Shown: positions 1 through 6,922 of the stretch, one piece after another
Layout of the letters: each line of letters begins with the position of its first letter
Numbering within the stretch: the stretch's first letter is position 1
NCBI GenBank assembly: GCA_017307285.1
Contig: JAFKFI010000127.1
Location: forward strand, 1-30,069
DNA: 30,069 nucleotides
Direction: 5' to 3'
From: Alphaproteobacteria bacterium
Lineage (GTDB): Bacteria > Pseudomonadota > Alphaproteobacteria > Acetobacterales > Acetobacteraceae
Position numbers and translations under genes: made by a program
Notes under the pieces: model-generated
Seen by the model: only the letters and a program-made list of their open reading frames with translations
The model's database searches: none
What the model was told of the DNA's origin: nothing

Positions 1-1
1 G

Positions 2-310
2 ACCCGGCGGGATCGCCGGCGGCCGACGCTCCCGGTGCGGGCGCCCGGATGTCGGGCTAGCGGCCGGGCGCCGTCGTGGCGCGGGCAGCGTGCCGGCGAG
101 GAAGCCAGCGTGCAGGGCGGTGAACCGCGCCAGGGTGGTGGCGAGATAGCCCCGCAGCACATCGGCCAGCGGCACCAGCCACGCCTCCCCCCAGCCAAAG
201 CGCCGCTGCCGCTCCAGGCTGTCGCCCAAGCCCCACACGATCGCCCCGATGAGCGCGGCGAAGCGCGGCATCAGACCGCTTGGGGGTGAGGAGGACGGGG
301 TGAAGAGCAT
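2..310 (-). CDS. hypothetical membrane-associated protein, N-terminal part; the gene runs off the left edge of the window
   Basis: Minus-strand ATG at 310-308 opens a frame with very high GC3 (MLFTPSSSPPSGLMPRFAALIGAIVWGLGDSLERQRRFGWGEAWLVPLADVLRGYLATTLARF...). It is not in the ORF track because there is no stop inside the window. No family recognised. Confidence 0.3.
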   Translation of the reverse strand, partial: MLFTPSSSPPSGLMPRFAALIGAIVWGLGDSLERQRRFGWGEAWLVPLADVLRGYLATTLARFTALHAGFLAGTLPAPRRRPAASPTSGRPHRERRPPAIPPG

Positions 311-382
311 GCCCCGGTATACAAGTCTGTTAGATATAGTGTCAAGCGTTATCGCGAGCCGCGCCGCCAGCGTGGCGGTTCG

Positions 383-712
383 CTACAGCCAGGACGGCGC
401 ATGGAGCGCCAGCCGGGCGCAAGCCACTCCGAACACCAAGACGGCCCAGCTCAAGCCGATCCGCCGTCGTGGCGACAGCAACCGCTCACACGGGAAGATG
501 AGAATGAGCGGTAGAACGAGGGCACCCATCCCCATCGGCATCCCAAACTCGGCGGTCAGATAGAGCCACAGCGGGATGCCGATGATCAGGGCAATGAACA
601 TCGGAAAGATCAACAACAGCACCGCGAACCGCTCGTCCGGTATGCGGAAGCCCATGAGCACCACGAGGTTCAGCGCACTAGACGCACCAAGATACCAAAG
701 CTCGTCGCGCAT
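383..712 (-). CDS. small polytopic membrane protein of about 110 aa, encoded in a lower-GC patch
   Basis: ORF 383..757(-). Hydrophobic TM segments (FAVLLLIFPMFIALIIGIPLWLYLTAEFGMPMGMGALVLPLILIF). The likely start is the internal Met at 712, which has a GAGG motif 11 nt upstream. T-ending codons are unusually frequent for this genome. Confidence 0.4.
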   Translation of the reverse strand: MRDELWYLGASSALNLVVLMGFRIPDERFAVLLLIFPMFIALIIGIPLWLYLTAEFGMPMGMGALVLPLILIFPCERLLSPRRRIGLSWAVLVFGVACARLALHAPSWL

Positions 713-820
713 CGGGTGGCACCTCGAACGACACTGGGAGACGTCCGAAATCGCCAACCGAAACTACACCGAACGCAGCCTCGTCGCCACGCTGGCGTAC
801 ATCGCCGTGGAGGCGACCGA

Positions 821-847
821 GGCAACCCCGGCGCCGGATAGCCCGTT
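821..847 (+). promoter_or_regulatory. candidate EcfG-type (alphaproteobacterial general stress sigma factor) promoter: GCAAC-N17-CGTT
   Basis: ggcaac (821-826), a 17-nt spacer, then cgtt (844-847). This is one mismatch from the GGAAC-N16/17-CGTT consensus. It sits about 30 nt upstream of the GGAGG Shine-Dalgarno site and the ATG at 878. Confidence 0.3.
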
Positions 848-877
848 CAGCGTCCATCATCCGATGGAGGCAGCTTC

Positions 878-1069
878 ATGTCAGCCCATCCGCCGCCCGT
901 CCCGCCCGCCAATCGCAGCCCGCAGGGCGGCGAGGACAAGAAGCCGGGCGCGTCCGAGGCCGATCCTCGCACCCTGCCCAAGAACCAGCCGCAGAACACG
1001 GAGGAGCAAGGCCGCCAGGGCAACATCCACCAGAACACCACCCATAGCGGCCATCAGCAGGACCGCTGA
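878..1069 (+). CDS. small hydrophilic, low-complexity (probably disordered) protein of 63 aa; possibly a stress-induced protein
   Basis: ATG is preceded by GGAGG with 7-nt spacing. GC3 is about 87%, typical for coding sequence here. Rich in Pro/Gln/Asn/Glu/Lys/His. The competing minus-strand ORFs are Arg-rich junk. Confidence 0.5.
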   Translation: MSAHPPPVPPANRSPQGGEDKKPGASEADPRTLPKNQPQNTEEQGRQGNIHQNTTHSGHQQDR

Positions 1070-1071
1070 GC

Positions 1072-1269
1072 ATGACCGAGAAGCATCCGGCCGCGGACCG
1101 CCGCCACGGCGGCCCCGGCAGCAGCGAGCAGAACGCGACCAAGCCGGAGCCCGCGCCCGAGACCCGGCCGAAACCTGACGAGCCGACCAACAAGGAGCGC
1201 AGCCGAGTCTCGGGCGGCGGCGGAGAGCGGGACATCCACCACACCCACGACCCCGCGCATAAGCGCTGA
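1072..1269 (+). CDS. second small hydrophilic, low-complexity protein of 65 aa, in tandem with the first
   Basis: Starts 2 nt after the previous stop. High GC3. Composition is similar (charged, Pro/Glu/Lys/His-rich, Gly run). A small hairpin (ggccgcgtcggcc) lies downstream. Confidence 0.45.
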   Translation: MTEKHPAADRRHGGPGSSEQNATKPEPAPETRPKPDEPTNKERSRVSGGGGERDIHHTHDPAHKR

Positions 1270-1354
1270 TCCGAGTCGCGCGTCCTCGCCTACTTGGCCG
1301 CGTCGGCCTAGATTCCCCCCGCCCGGTCAATCCGGCCGGATCGAGGAGAAGCGG

Positions 1355-2407
1355 GTGGGGAAAGCTCGGTGGTCGGCGCGAATGGCAGCCTGGAGGCTCG
1401 CGGCGTCCGTGCTTTGCGCGGTGACGTCCGCTGCCAATGCCGCTCCCGCCGCCGATGGGCGCCGGGTCGCGCTGGTGATCGGGAACGCGACCTATACCGC
1501 GCTGCCCGCCCTGCCCGCTTGCACCGCGTCGGCCAACGTCGTCGCAGCGGCACTTAGGCGTGCCGGCTTTGAGGTGTCCGAGCGGCTCGACCTCACCAAC
1601 GGGGAGATGGGAGCGGCGATCGCCGACTGGGACGCCAGTTCCTCCGGCGCCAGCGCCGTCGTCTACGTGTGCGGCTACGCGGTCGGCTACGACAATCGGG
1701 ATTTCCTGCTGCCGGTTTCCGCCAGGATCGAGCGCGACACCGACGCGCTCACCCAGGGCGTCCTGGCGAAATCCCTGCTCGACGCGGCCGGGCGGTCCGG
1801 CGCGCGCGCCGCGCTGGTGCTGGTCGATGCGGTGGCCAAGCCGGCCAGCACCGGGCGGCTCGCCCTCGATACCCTCGCTGGCAACGCGCCGACCGCCTCA
1901 GTGGGCTTCGCCGCCGCGAGTACCACGACGACCCCACCGCAGGGCGCGACGCCGTTGGCCACCGCGTTCTCCACGGCGCTCGCTGCCCCCCAAATCGACA
2001 TGGGCAAGCTGCTCGACACCCTCCGCCAGCATCTCGCCGGAACCACGGGGACGCAATTCGCGGCGCGGGCGCCATCGTCCCCCGTCTGGCTGATCGGCGG
2101 CCCGGCCCCCGCGCCGGCACCGCCGCCGCCCGTCGCCACTCCGCCCGCGCCAGCCGCGCCCGCAGCCGCCGCTCCGACGCCCCCGCCGCCCACGGCCGGC
2201 CCCGACGAGGCGCACATGACCGATGCCGACCGGCGGCGCATTCAGGATGCGCTGTTGCGGCTCGGCTATTATGACGGACGGGTCGACGGGATTTTCGGCC
2301 CGGATACGCGAGCGGCGATCCGACGCTTCCAGCACGAGATCGGCGCCGAGATGAGCGGGCACATCACGCCCGAACAATCCGGACGGCTGCTCGCCGGCGG
2401 AAGCTGA
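1355..2407 (+). CDS. secreted caspase-like (peptidase C14 fold) protein with a Pro/Ala-rich linker and a C-terminal peptidoglycan-binding (PG_binding_1) domain
   Basis: GTG start with a GAGGAG Shine-Dalgarno site. Signal peptide (AAWRLAASVLCAVTSAANA). Caspase-type N-terminal motif (RRVALVIGNATYTALPALPAC). C-terminal DADRRRIQDALLRLGYYDGRVDGIFGPDTRAAIRRFQ is a PG-binding-1 motif. Confidence 0.8.
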   Translation: MGKARWSARMAAWRLAASVLCAVTSAANAAPAADGRRVALVIGNATYTALPALPACTASANVVAAALRRAGFEVSERLDLTNGEMGAAIADWDASSSGASAVVYVCGYAVGYDNRDFLLPVSARIERDTDALTQGVLAKSLLDAAGRSGARAALVLVDAVAKPASTGRLALDTLAGNAPTASVGFAAASTTTTPPQGATPLATAFSTALAAPQIDMGKLLDTLRQHLAGTTGTQFAARAPSSPVWLIGGPAPAPAPPPPVATPPAPAAPAAAAPTPPPPTAGPDEAHMTDADRRRIQDALLRLGYYDGRVDGIFGPDTRAAIRRFQHEIGAEMSGHITPEQSGRLLAGGS

Positions 2408-2439
2408 AAGCCCACAGCCGGCGGAACGGAGCCCCACGC

Positions 2440-3312
2440 ATGGGACTGAAAGCCAAGTTCAACCTCGTGATGCTGATCGCCTTCGTGATCGGCCTCGGAC
2501 TCGCAGGCGTACTCTCCTATCGCCTGGTGCAGGACAACGCCCGCAAGGAGGTGCTGCAGGAAGCGGCGATCATGATGGGCCAGGCAACCGCGATCAGCAC
2601 CTACACCGACCGCGAGATCGCCCCGCTGCTCGCCGACCAGCTCAAGGTCCGCTTCCTGCCGCAGAGCATTCCGTTCGCGGTGGCGCAGGCGAATTTTCGC
2701 ACTCTGCAACAGCAATTCCCCGACTACAGCTTCCGCGAGCCCGCCACCAACCCGACCAACCCGGCCGACCGCCCCACCGACTGGCAGGCCGACATCATCG
2801 ACCTGTTCCGGCGCGATCCGAAACTGACCGAGTTCGTCAGCCATCGCGATACGCCGACCGGCCCGATCCTCTCCTACTCCCGCCCGATCCGCGTCACCGA
2901 CCAAGGCTGCCTGCAATGCCATTCCACCCCCGCCGCCGCGCCGCAGACGATGGTGGACCTGTACGGCTCCAGCAACGGCTTCGGCTGGAAGCTGGGCGAC
3001 ACCGTGGGCGCGCAGATCGTCTCGGTGCCGATGCGCGTGCCGCTGGAGCGCGCCCGGCATACCTTCACCGTGATGATGGCCGGGCTCGCGGTGGTGTTTT
3101 TGGTTATGATCGTTCTGCTGAACCTGCTGCTGCACTACATCATCATCCGTCCGGTGCGGCGCATTTCCGCCGCCGCGAGCGAGGTCAGCCTGGGCAACAT
3201 GGACGCACCCGAATTCACCGTGCGAGGCCGCGACGAGATCGCCTCGCTCGCCGAGAGCTTCAACCGCATGCGGCGGAGCCTCGCGAACGCGCTCAAGCTG
3301 CTGGAAAGCTGA
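2440..3312 (+). CDS. membrane sensor with a periplasmic DUF3365/Tll0287-like c-type heme domain (CxxCH) and a cytoplasmic HAMP domain, but no output domain
   Basis: TM1 (LVMLIAFVIGLGLAGVLSY). Periplasmic domain carries CLQCH. TM2 (MAGLAVVFLVMIVLLNLLLHYIII) is followed by a HAMP domain (RPVRRISAAASEV...DEIASLAESFNRMRRSL). The protein ends about 25 aa after the HAMP domain. Confidence 0.8.
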   Translation: MGLKAKFNLVMLIAFVIGLGLAGVLSYRLVQDNARKEVLQEAAIMMGQATAISTYTDREIAPLLADQLKVRFLPQSIPFAVAQANFRTLQQQFPDYSFREPATNPTNPADRPTDWQADIIDLFRRDPKLTEFVSHRDTPTGPILSYSRPIRVTDQGCLQCHSTPAAAPQTMVDLYGSSNGFGWKLGDTVGAQIVSVPMRVPLERARHTFTVMMAGLAVVFLVMIVLLNLLLHYIIIRPVRRISAAASEVSLGNMDAPEFTVRGRDEIASLAESFNRMRRSLANALKLLES

Positions 3313-3380
3313 GCGGATAGGTAACAGTGTCCGGATCGGCTGCATGTCAAACCTCGCCCTTGCTCAAGTACTACTTCGTC

Positions 3381-3457
3381 ATGCCCGGCGCAGGCCGGGC
3401 ATCCACGACTTGATTGCTCGCCGGGAAAGTCGTGGATGGTCGGCCTTCGCCGACCAT
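3381..3457 (+). promoter_or_regulatory. cluster of three stable hairpins in the 235-bp, lower-GC spacer between the HAMP sensor and the kinase; a terminator, attenuator or small structured RNA
   Basis: atgcccggc-gca-gccgggcat (3381-3402, 9-bp stem). ccacgact(3403-3410)/agtcgtgg(3428-3435). atggtcggc-cttc-gccgaccat (3436-3457, 9-bp stem). Confidence 0.4.
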
Positions 3458-3546
3458 GACGATTCCGGATCGGAAACTTTGGGCCAGCCAACTGAACTTA
3501 TTGGAACCGCTGATCCGGTCGCCAATGAGCAGCCGGCCGAGATGAC

Positions 3547-4905
3547 ATGAGCGCAATCCCAGACAAGATCGGCCGCTACCGCATCGAGGCCGTGCTTGGG
3601 CGCGGTGCGATGGGCGTGATCTACCGGGCGCACGACCCCGAGATCGACCGTCCCGTCGCCATCAAGCTGATCCGCGCCGACCTGCTCGATGGCGAGAACC
3701 GCGCCGACTATCTCGTCCGCTTCCGCCGCGAGGCGCAGGCGGCCGGCCGTTGCTCCCATCCCAACATCGTCGCGATCTACGATTTCGCCATGCACGAGGG
3801 CAATCCGTTCCTCGCGATGGAATATGTCGAGGGCGTCAGCCTCAGCCAGGCGCGCGAGCGCGGCACCGAGTTCGAGGTCGCCGACGCGGTATTCGTCATG
3901 CTGCAAGTGCTCGATGCGCTCGGCGCGGCACACGCAATGGGCATCGTGCATCGCGACATCAAGCCCGCCAACATCCTGCTGGTCGGCGGCAGCCGCGTGA
4001 AGGTGACGGATTTCGGTATTTCCCGCTTTGACAGCTCCGACCTCACGCAGGACGGATCGGTGGTCGGGACGCCGAACTACATGTCGCCGGAGCAATACCA
4101 GGGGCTGGCGGTCGATGCGCGCAGCGACCTGTTCTCGGCCGGCGCCGTGCTCTACGAGCTGCTCTGCGGCGAGCGGCCGTTCGCCGGACGCAATTTCGCC
4201 GAAGTCGGACAGAAACTGCTGCACGCCGACCCGCCCGATCTGCGCGAGCGCAGCGTGGCGGTGTCCCTCGCCCTGAAAGCGGCGGTGGATCGCGCGCTCG
4301 CCAAGTCCCCGGACGCCCGCTACGCCTCCGCCGCCGAGATGGCCACCGCGCTGCGCGGGGCAATGCAGCCGGTTGCAGGCGCCGGCGGTGTCGAGGACCG
4401 AACCATCGTCGTCCCCGCCGCCTCCGGCAGCACCAGCGCCCCGCACCAGGCTAGCGAAACCGGCATGACCGGCAGCTTCGACTCCGACACGATCTCCTCG
4501 GTCGAGCACACCCTCGCGCAATATGTCGGCCCGATCGCGCGCCTGCTGGTGCGCGATGCGATCCGGCGCTCAGGCAGCGTCGAGGCGCTATGCGATTCGC
4601 TGGCCGGCAACATCGAGCAGGCGGGCGAGCGCGACCGCTTCCGCGCCGACGCCCTCGCCCGGCTGCGGCGCGGGCTCACCATGTCCGGCCTCGGTTCATC
4701 CGCAACGCCGACGATCCCGCCGGAGGAACTGGAGCACGCCCAGAAGCAGCTCACCCGCTATCTCGGCCCCATCGCGCGCGTGCTGGTCAAGCGCACCGTC
4801 GCCGGATCGGGCTCGCCTGACGAGCTGTGGCAGCGCTTGTCGCTGCACATCGACCGCGAGGATGACCGCCGCGCCTTTCTGAGCGGGCGCCGCAACCGCG
4901 CCTGA
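3547..4905 (+). CDS. Hanks-type serine/threonine protein kinase, soluble (no TM segment), with a duplicated roughly 50-aa C-terminal module
   Basis: Gly loop GRGAMGV. AIK lysine. HRDIKPANIL catalytic loop. DFG. TPNYMSPE activation segment. The C-terminal repeats both contain Y(V/L)GPIAR(L/V)LV...SGS...EL. Confidence 0.9.
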   Translation: MSAIPDKIGRYRIEAVLGRGAMGVIYRAHDPEIDRPVAIKLIRADLLDGENRADYLVRFRREAQAAGRCSHPNIVAIYDFAMHEGNPFLAMEYVEGVSLSQARERGTEFEVADAVFVMLQVLDALGAAHAMGIVHRDIKPANILLVGGSRVKVTDFGISRFDSSDLTQDGSVVGTPNYMSPEQYQGLAVDARSDLFSAGAVLYELLCGERPFAGRNFAEVGQKLLHADPPDLRERSVAVSLALKAAVDRALAKSPDARYASAAEMATALRGAMQPVAGAGGVEDRTIVVPAASGSTSAPHQASETGMTGSFDSDTISSVEHTLAQYVGPIARLLVRDAIRRSGSVEALCDSLAGNIEQAGERDRFRADALARLRRGLTMSGLGSSATPTIPPEELEHAQKQLTRYLGPIARVLVKRTVAGSGSPDELWQRLSLHIDREDDRRAFLSGRRNRA

Positions 4906-4984
4906 CCGCACCGAATTTCATACGAGCCAGAACTTTCCTCGCGCCGCCATCTCCTGCGATGGTGCGCCGGCCAGGAGAAACGGC

Positions 4985-5614
4985 ATGTATGTTCCCGCCC
5001 ATTTCAACGAAGATCGCCCTGAGATCCTCGCCGACGCCATCCGCCGTGCCGGCCTCGCCACGCTCGTCACCGTCGGCGTCGACGGGCTGATCGCCAGCCA
5101 CGTCCCGATGCTGCTCGACCCCGACCCCGCGCCGCACGGCATGCTGCTCGGCCATATCGCGCGCGCCAACCCGCAATGGCGCGATCCGGCCGTCGGCATG
5201 GAGGCGCTGGCGATCTTCACCGGGCCGGACGCCTACATCACGCCGTCCTGGTATCCCGCCAAGCAGGCGCATGGCCGCGTGGTGCCGACCTGGAACTATG
5301 TTGCGGTCCACGCCTACGGGCCGGTGACGTTCTTCGACGATCCCGACCGGCTGCTCGACATCGTGCGCCGCCTCACCGAACGCGAGGAAGCGGGCCGCAC
5401 CGTGCCGTGGGCGGTCTCCGATGCGCCCGCCAAATTCGTCGAGGGGATGCTGCGGGCCATCGTCGGCTTCGCCATCCCGATCGCGCGGCTCGAGGGCAAG
5501 TGGAAGATGAGCCAGAACCGCGACGCCGCCGACCGGGACGGGGTGGCGAAGGGCCTCGCCGAAGAGGGCCGGGAAGCGGTGGCCGATCTGATCCCGCGCG
5601 CCGCCCCCGCCTGA
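4985..5614 (+). CDS. paiB: FMN-binding negative transcriptional regulator, PaiB family
   Basis: N-terminus MYVPAHFNEDRPEILADAIRRAGLATLVT. Length and layout are characteristic of PaiB. Confidence 0.8.
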   Translation: MYVPAHFNEDRPEILADAIRRAGLATLVTVGVDGLIASHVPMLLDPDPAPHGMLLGHIARANPQWRDPAVGMEALAIFTGPDAYITPSWYPAKQAHGRVVPTWNYVAVHAYGPVTFFDDPDRLLDIVRRLTEREEAGRTVPWAVSDAPAKFVEGMLRAIVGFAIPIARLEGKWKMSQNRDAADRDGVAKGLAEEGREAVADLIPRAAPA

Positions 5615-5616
5615 AC

Positions 5617-6861
5617 GTGCCCGACGACGGCAACCTGCCCCAGGCGAAGCCGGACAAGCTCGGGCTGCCGACATCCCCGCGGGCCGGCGTGTGGCTGCTC
5701 GGGATCAGCCTGGTCCTGATTGCCTTCAACCTGCGCGCGGCGGTGTCGAGCGTCGGGCCAGTGCTGCGCGACATCATCGCGACCGCCGGGCTATCGGACG
5801 CCGGGGCGAGCCTGCTCACCACCCTGCCCTCGCTCTGCTTCGGGCTCGCGGCACTGGGGGCGACCAGGCTCTCACGGCGGCTCGGGCCGGAGGGCGCGGT
5901 GCTGGCCGGGCTGGCTGCGCTCACCGCCGGCCTCGTGCTGCGCGGCACTGCGGGCCTCGCAGGGCTGTTCGCCGGGCAAGTGGCCGCGACGGCGGGGATC
6001 GGCGTCATCAACGTGCTGCTGCCCGGCCTGGTAAAGCGCGATTTTTCCCGCCGCGTCGCGCTGATGACCGGGCTCTACACGATGGCCTTCTGCGCCGGGG
6101 CGGCAGGCGCGGCCGGCGCCACGGTGCCGCTCGCCTCCCTGCTCGGCGGCTGGGGCGGCGGGCTGGCCATCTGGGCGCTGCCCGCCGGGTTCGCGGCGCT
6201 GGTGTGGGCGTTCCAGGTGCCGCGCGGTCGTCGGGCGCAGGCTCATGCCGGGTTCACCGTTCGTGGACTGTGGTCCGACCGGCTGGCCTGGCAGGTCACG
6301 CTGTTCATGGGCCTGCAATCGGCGCTCGCCTATTTGGTGTTCGGCTGGCTGGCGCCGATCCTGCGCGACCGTGGGATGAGCGCCGTCGATGCCGGCCTCG
6401 TGCTGTCCGTCTCCGTGGTCGCCCAGGCCGCCGCCTCGCTGGTCGCACCGGCACTCGCCACCCGCGGCCCGAGCCAGAGCTTTGCCAATGTGCTGAGTGT
6501 GGCGTTGTGCATGATCGGCCTGATGGGCTGCATGTACGCACCCCTCGGCACCGTCTGGCTTTGGGCGGTGGCGCTCGGCCTGGCGCAAGGCGCGCTGATC
6601 GCCATAGCCTTGACCGTCATCGTGCTGCGCGCGCCGGACCCGCACGTCGCCGCCCATCTCTCCGGCATGGCGCAGAGCGTCGGCTATCTGCTCGCCTCCG
6701 CCGGCCCGCTGGTCGCCGGGTTGCTGCACGGCTGGACCGGCGGCTGGAACGCGGTCGCCGCCTTCGCGCTCGCCATCGGCGCCGCCGCCGCGCTGTTCGG
6801 CTACGGCGCCGGCCGGGCGCGGCATGTGGGCGCCAGATCGGTGCGGACCGTCGGCTCCTAG
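5617..6861 (+). CDS. MFS transporter, CynX/YeaN-like (annotated in the family as a cyanate transporter)
   Basis: 12-TM hydrophobic profile. LIAFNLRAAVSSVGPVL motif. The track ORF 5176.. overlaps paiB in another frame, so the real start is the GTG at 5617 or 5689. Confidence 0.8.
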   Translation: MPDDGNLPQAKPDKLGLPTSPRAGVWLLGISLVLIAFNLRAAVSSVGPVLRDIIATAGLSDAGASLLTTLPSLCFGLAALGATRLSRRLGPEGAVLAGLAALTAGLVLRGTAGLAGLFAGQVAATAGIGVINVLLPGLVKRDFSRRVALMTGLYTMAFCAGAAGAAGATVPLASLLGGWGGGLAIWALPAGFAALVWAFQVPRGRRAQAHAGFTVRGLWSDRLAWQVTLFMGLQSALAYLVFGWLAPILRDRGMSAVDAGLVLSVSVVAQAAASLVAPALATRGPSQSFANVLSVALCMIGLMGCMYAPLGTVWLWAVALGLAQGALIAIALTVIVLRAPDPHVAAHLSGMAQSVGYLLASAGPLVAGLLHGWTGGWNAVAAFALAIGAAAALFGYGAGRARHVGARSVRTVGS

Positions 6862-6922
6862 GCTTGCACGGGCCGCGCGACGGGCCGACCCTGGCCCGCG
6901 CGACTCCGAGGAACCCGCCGCC

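Noticed and set aside
576-1178. 200-aa plus-strand ORF
   Set aside because: Its 5' half is antisense to the TM-rich minus-strand gene and its 3' half overlaps the two small ORFs in another frame. It has no RBS and a junk composition.
3344-3550. 68-aa ORF inside the structured sensor-kinase spacer
   Set aside because: No RBS, and it is read across three hairpins. The spacer is more likely structured RNA or a terminator than coding sequence.
3379-4521. 380-aa minus-strand ORF antisense to the Ser/Thr kinase (and similar long antisense ORFs at 2269-3345, 5872-7020, 6617-8038, 9278-10765, 10871-11974, 12006-12878, 13338-16465, 17060-18019, 21073-21963, 23861-25702)
   Set aside because: Low-complexity Arg/Gly/Ala/His-rich translations with no motifs. 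These are the expected stop-codon-poor antisense frames of roughly 70% GC coding DNA.
5176-5616. N-terminal 147 codons of track ORF 5176..6861, overlapping paiB in another frame
   Set aside because: Arg/Gly/Pro-rich nonsense that overlaps a well-supported PaiB gene. The MFS transporter plausibly starts at the GTG at 5617 or 5689.
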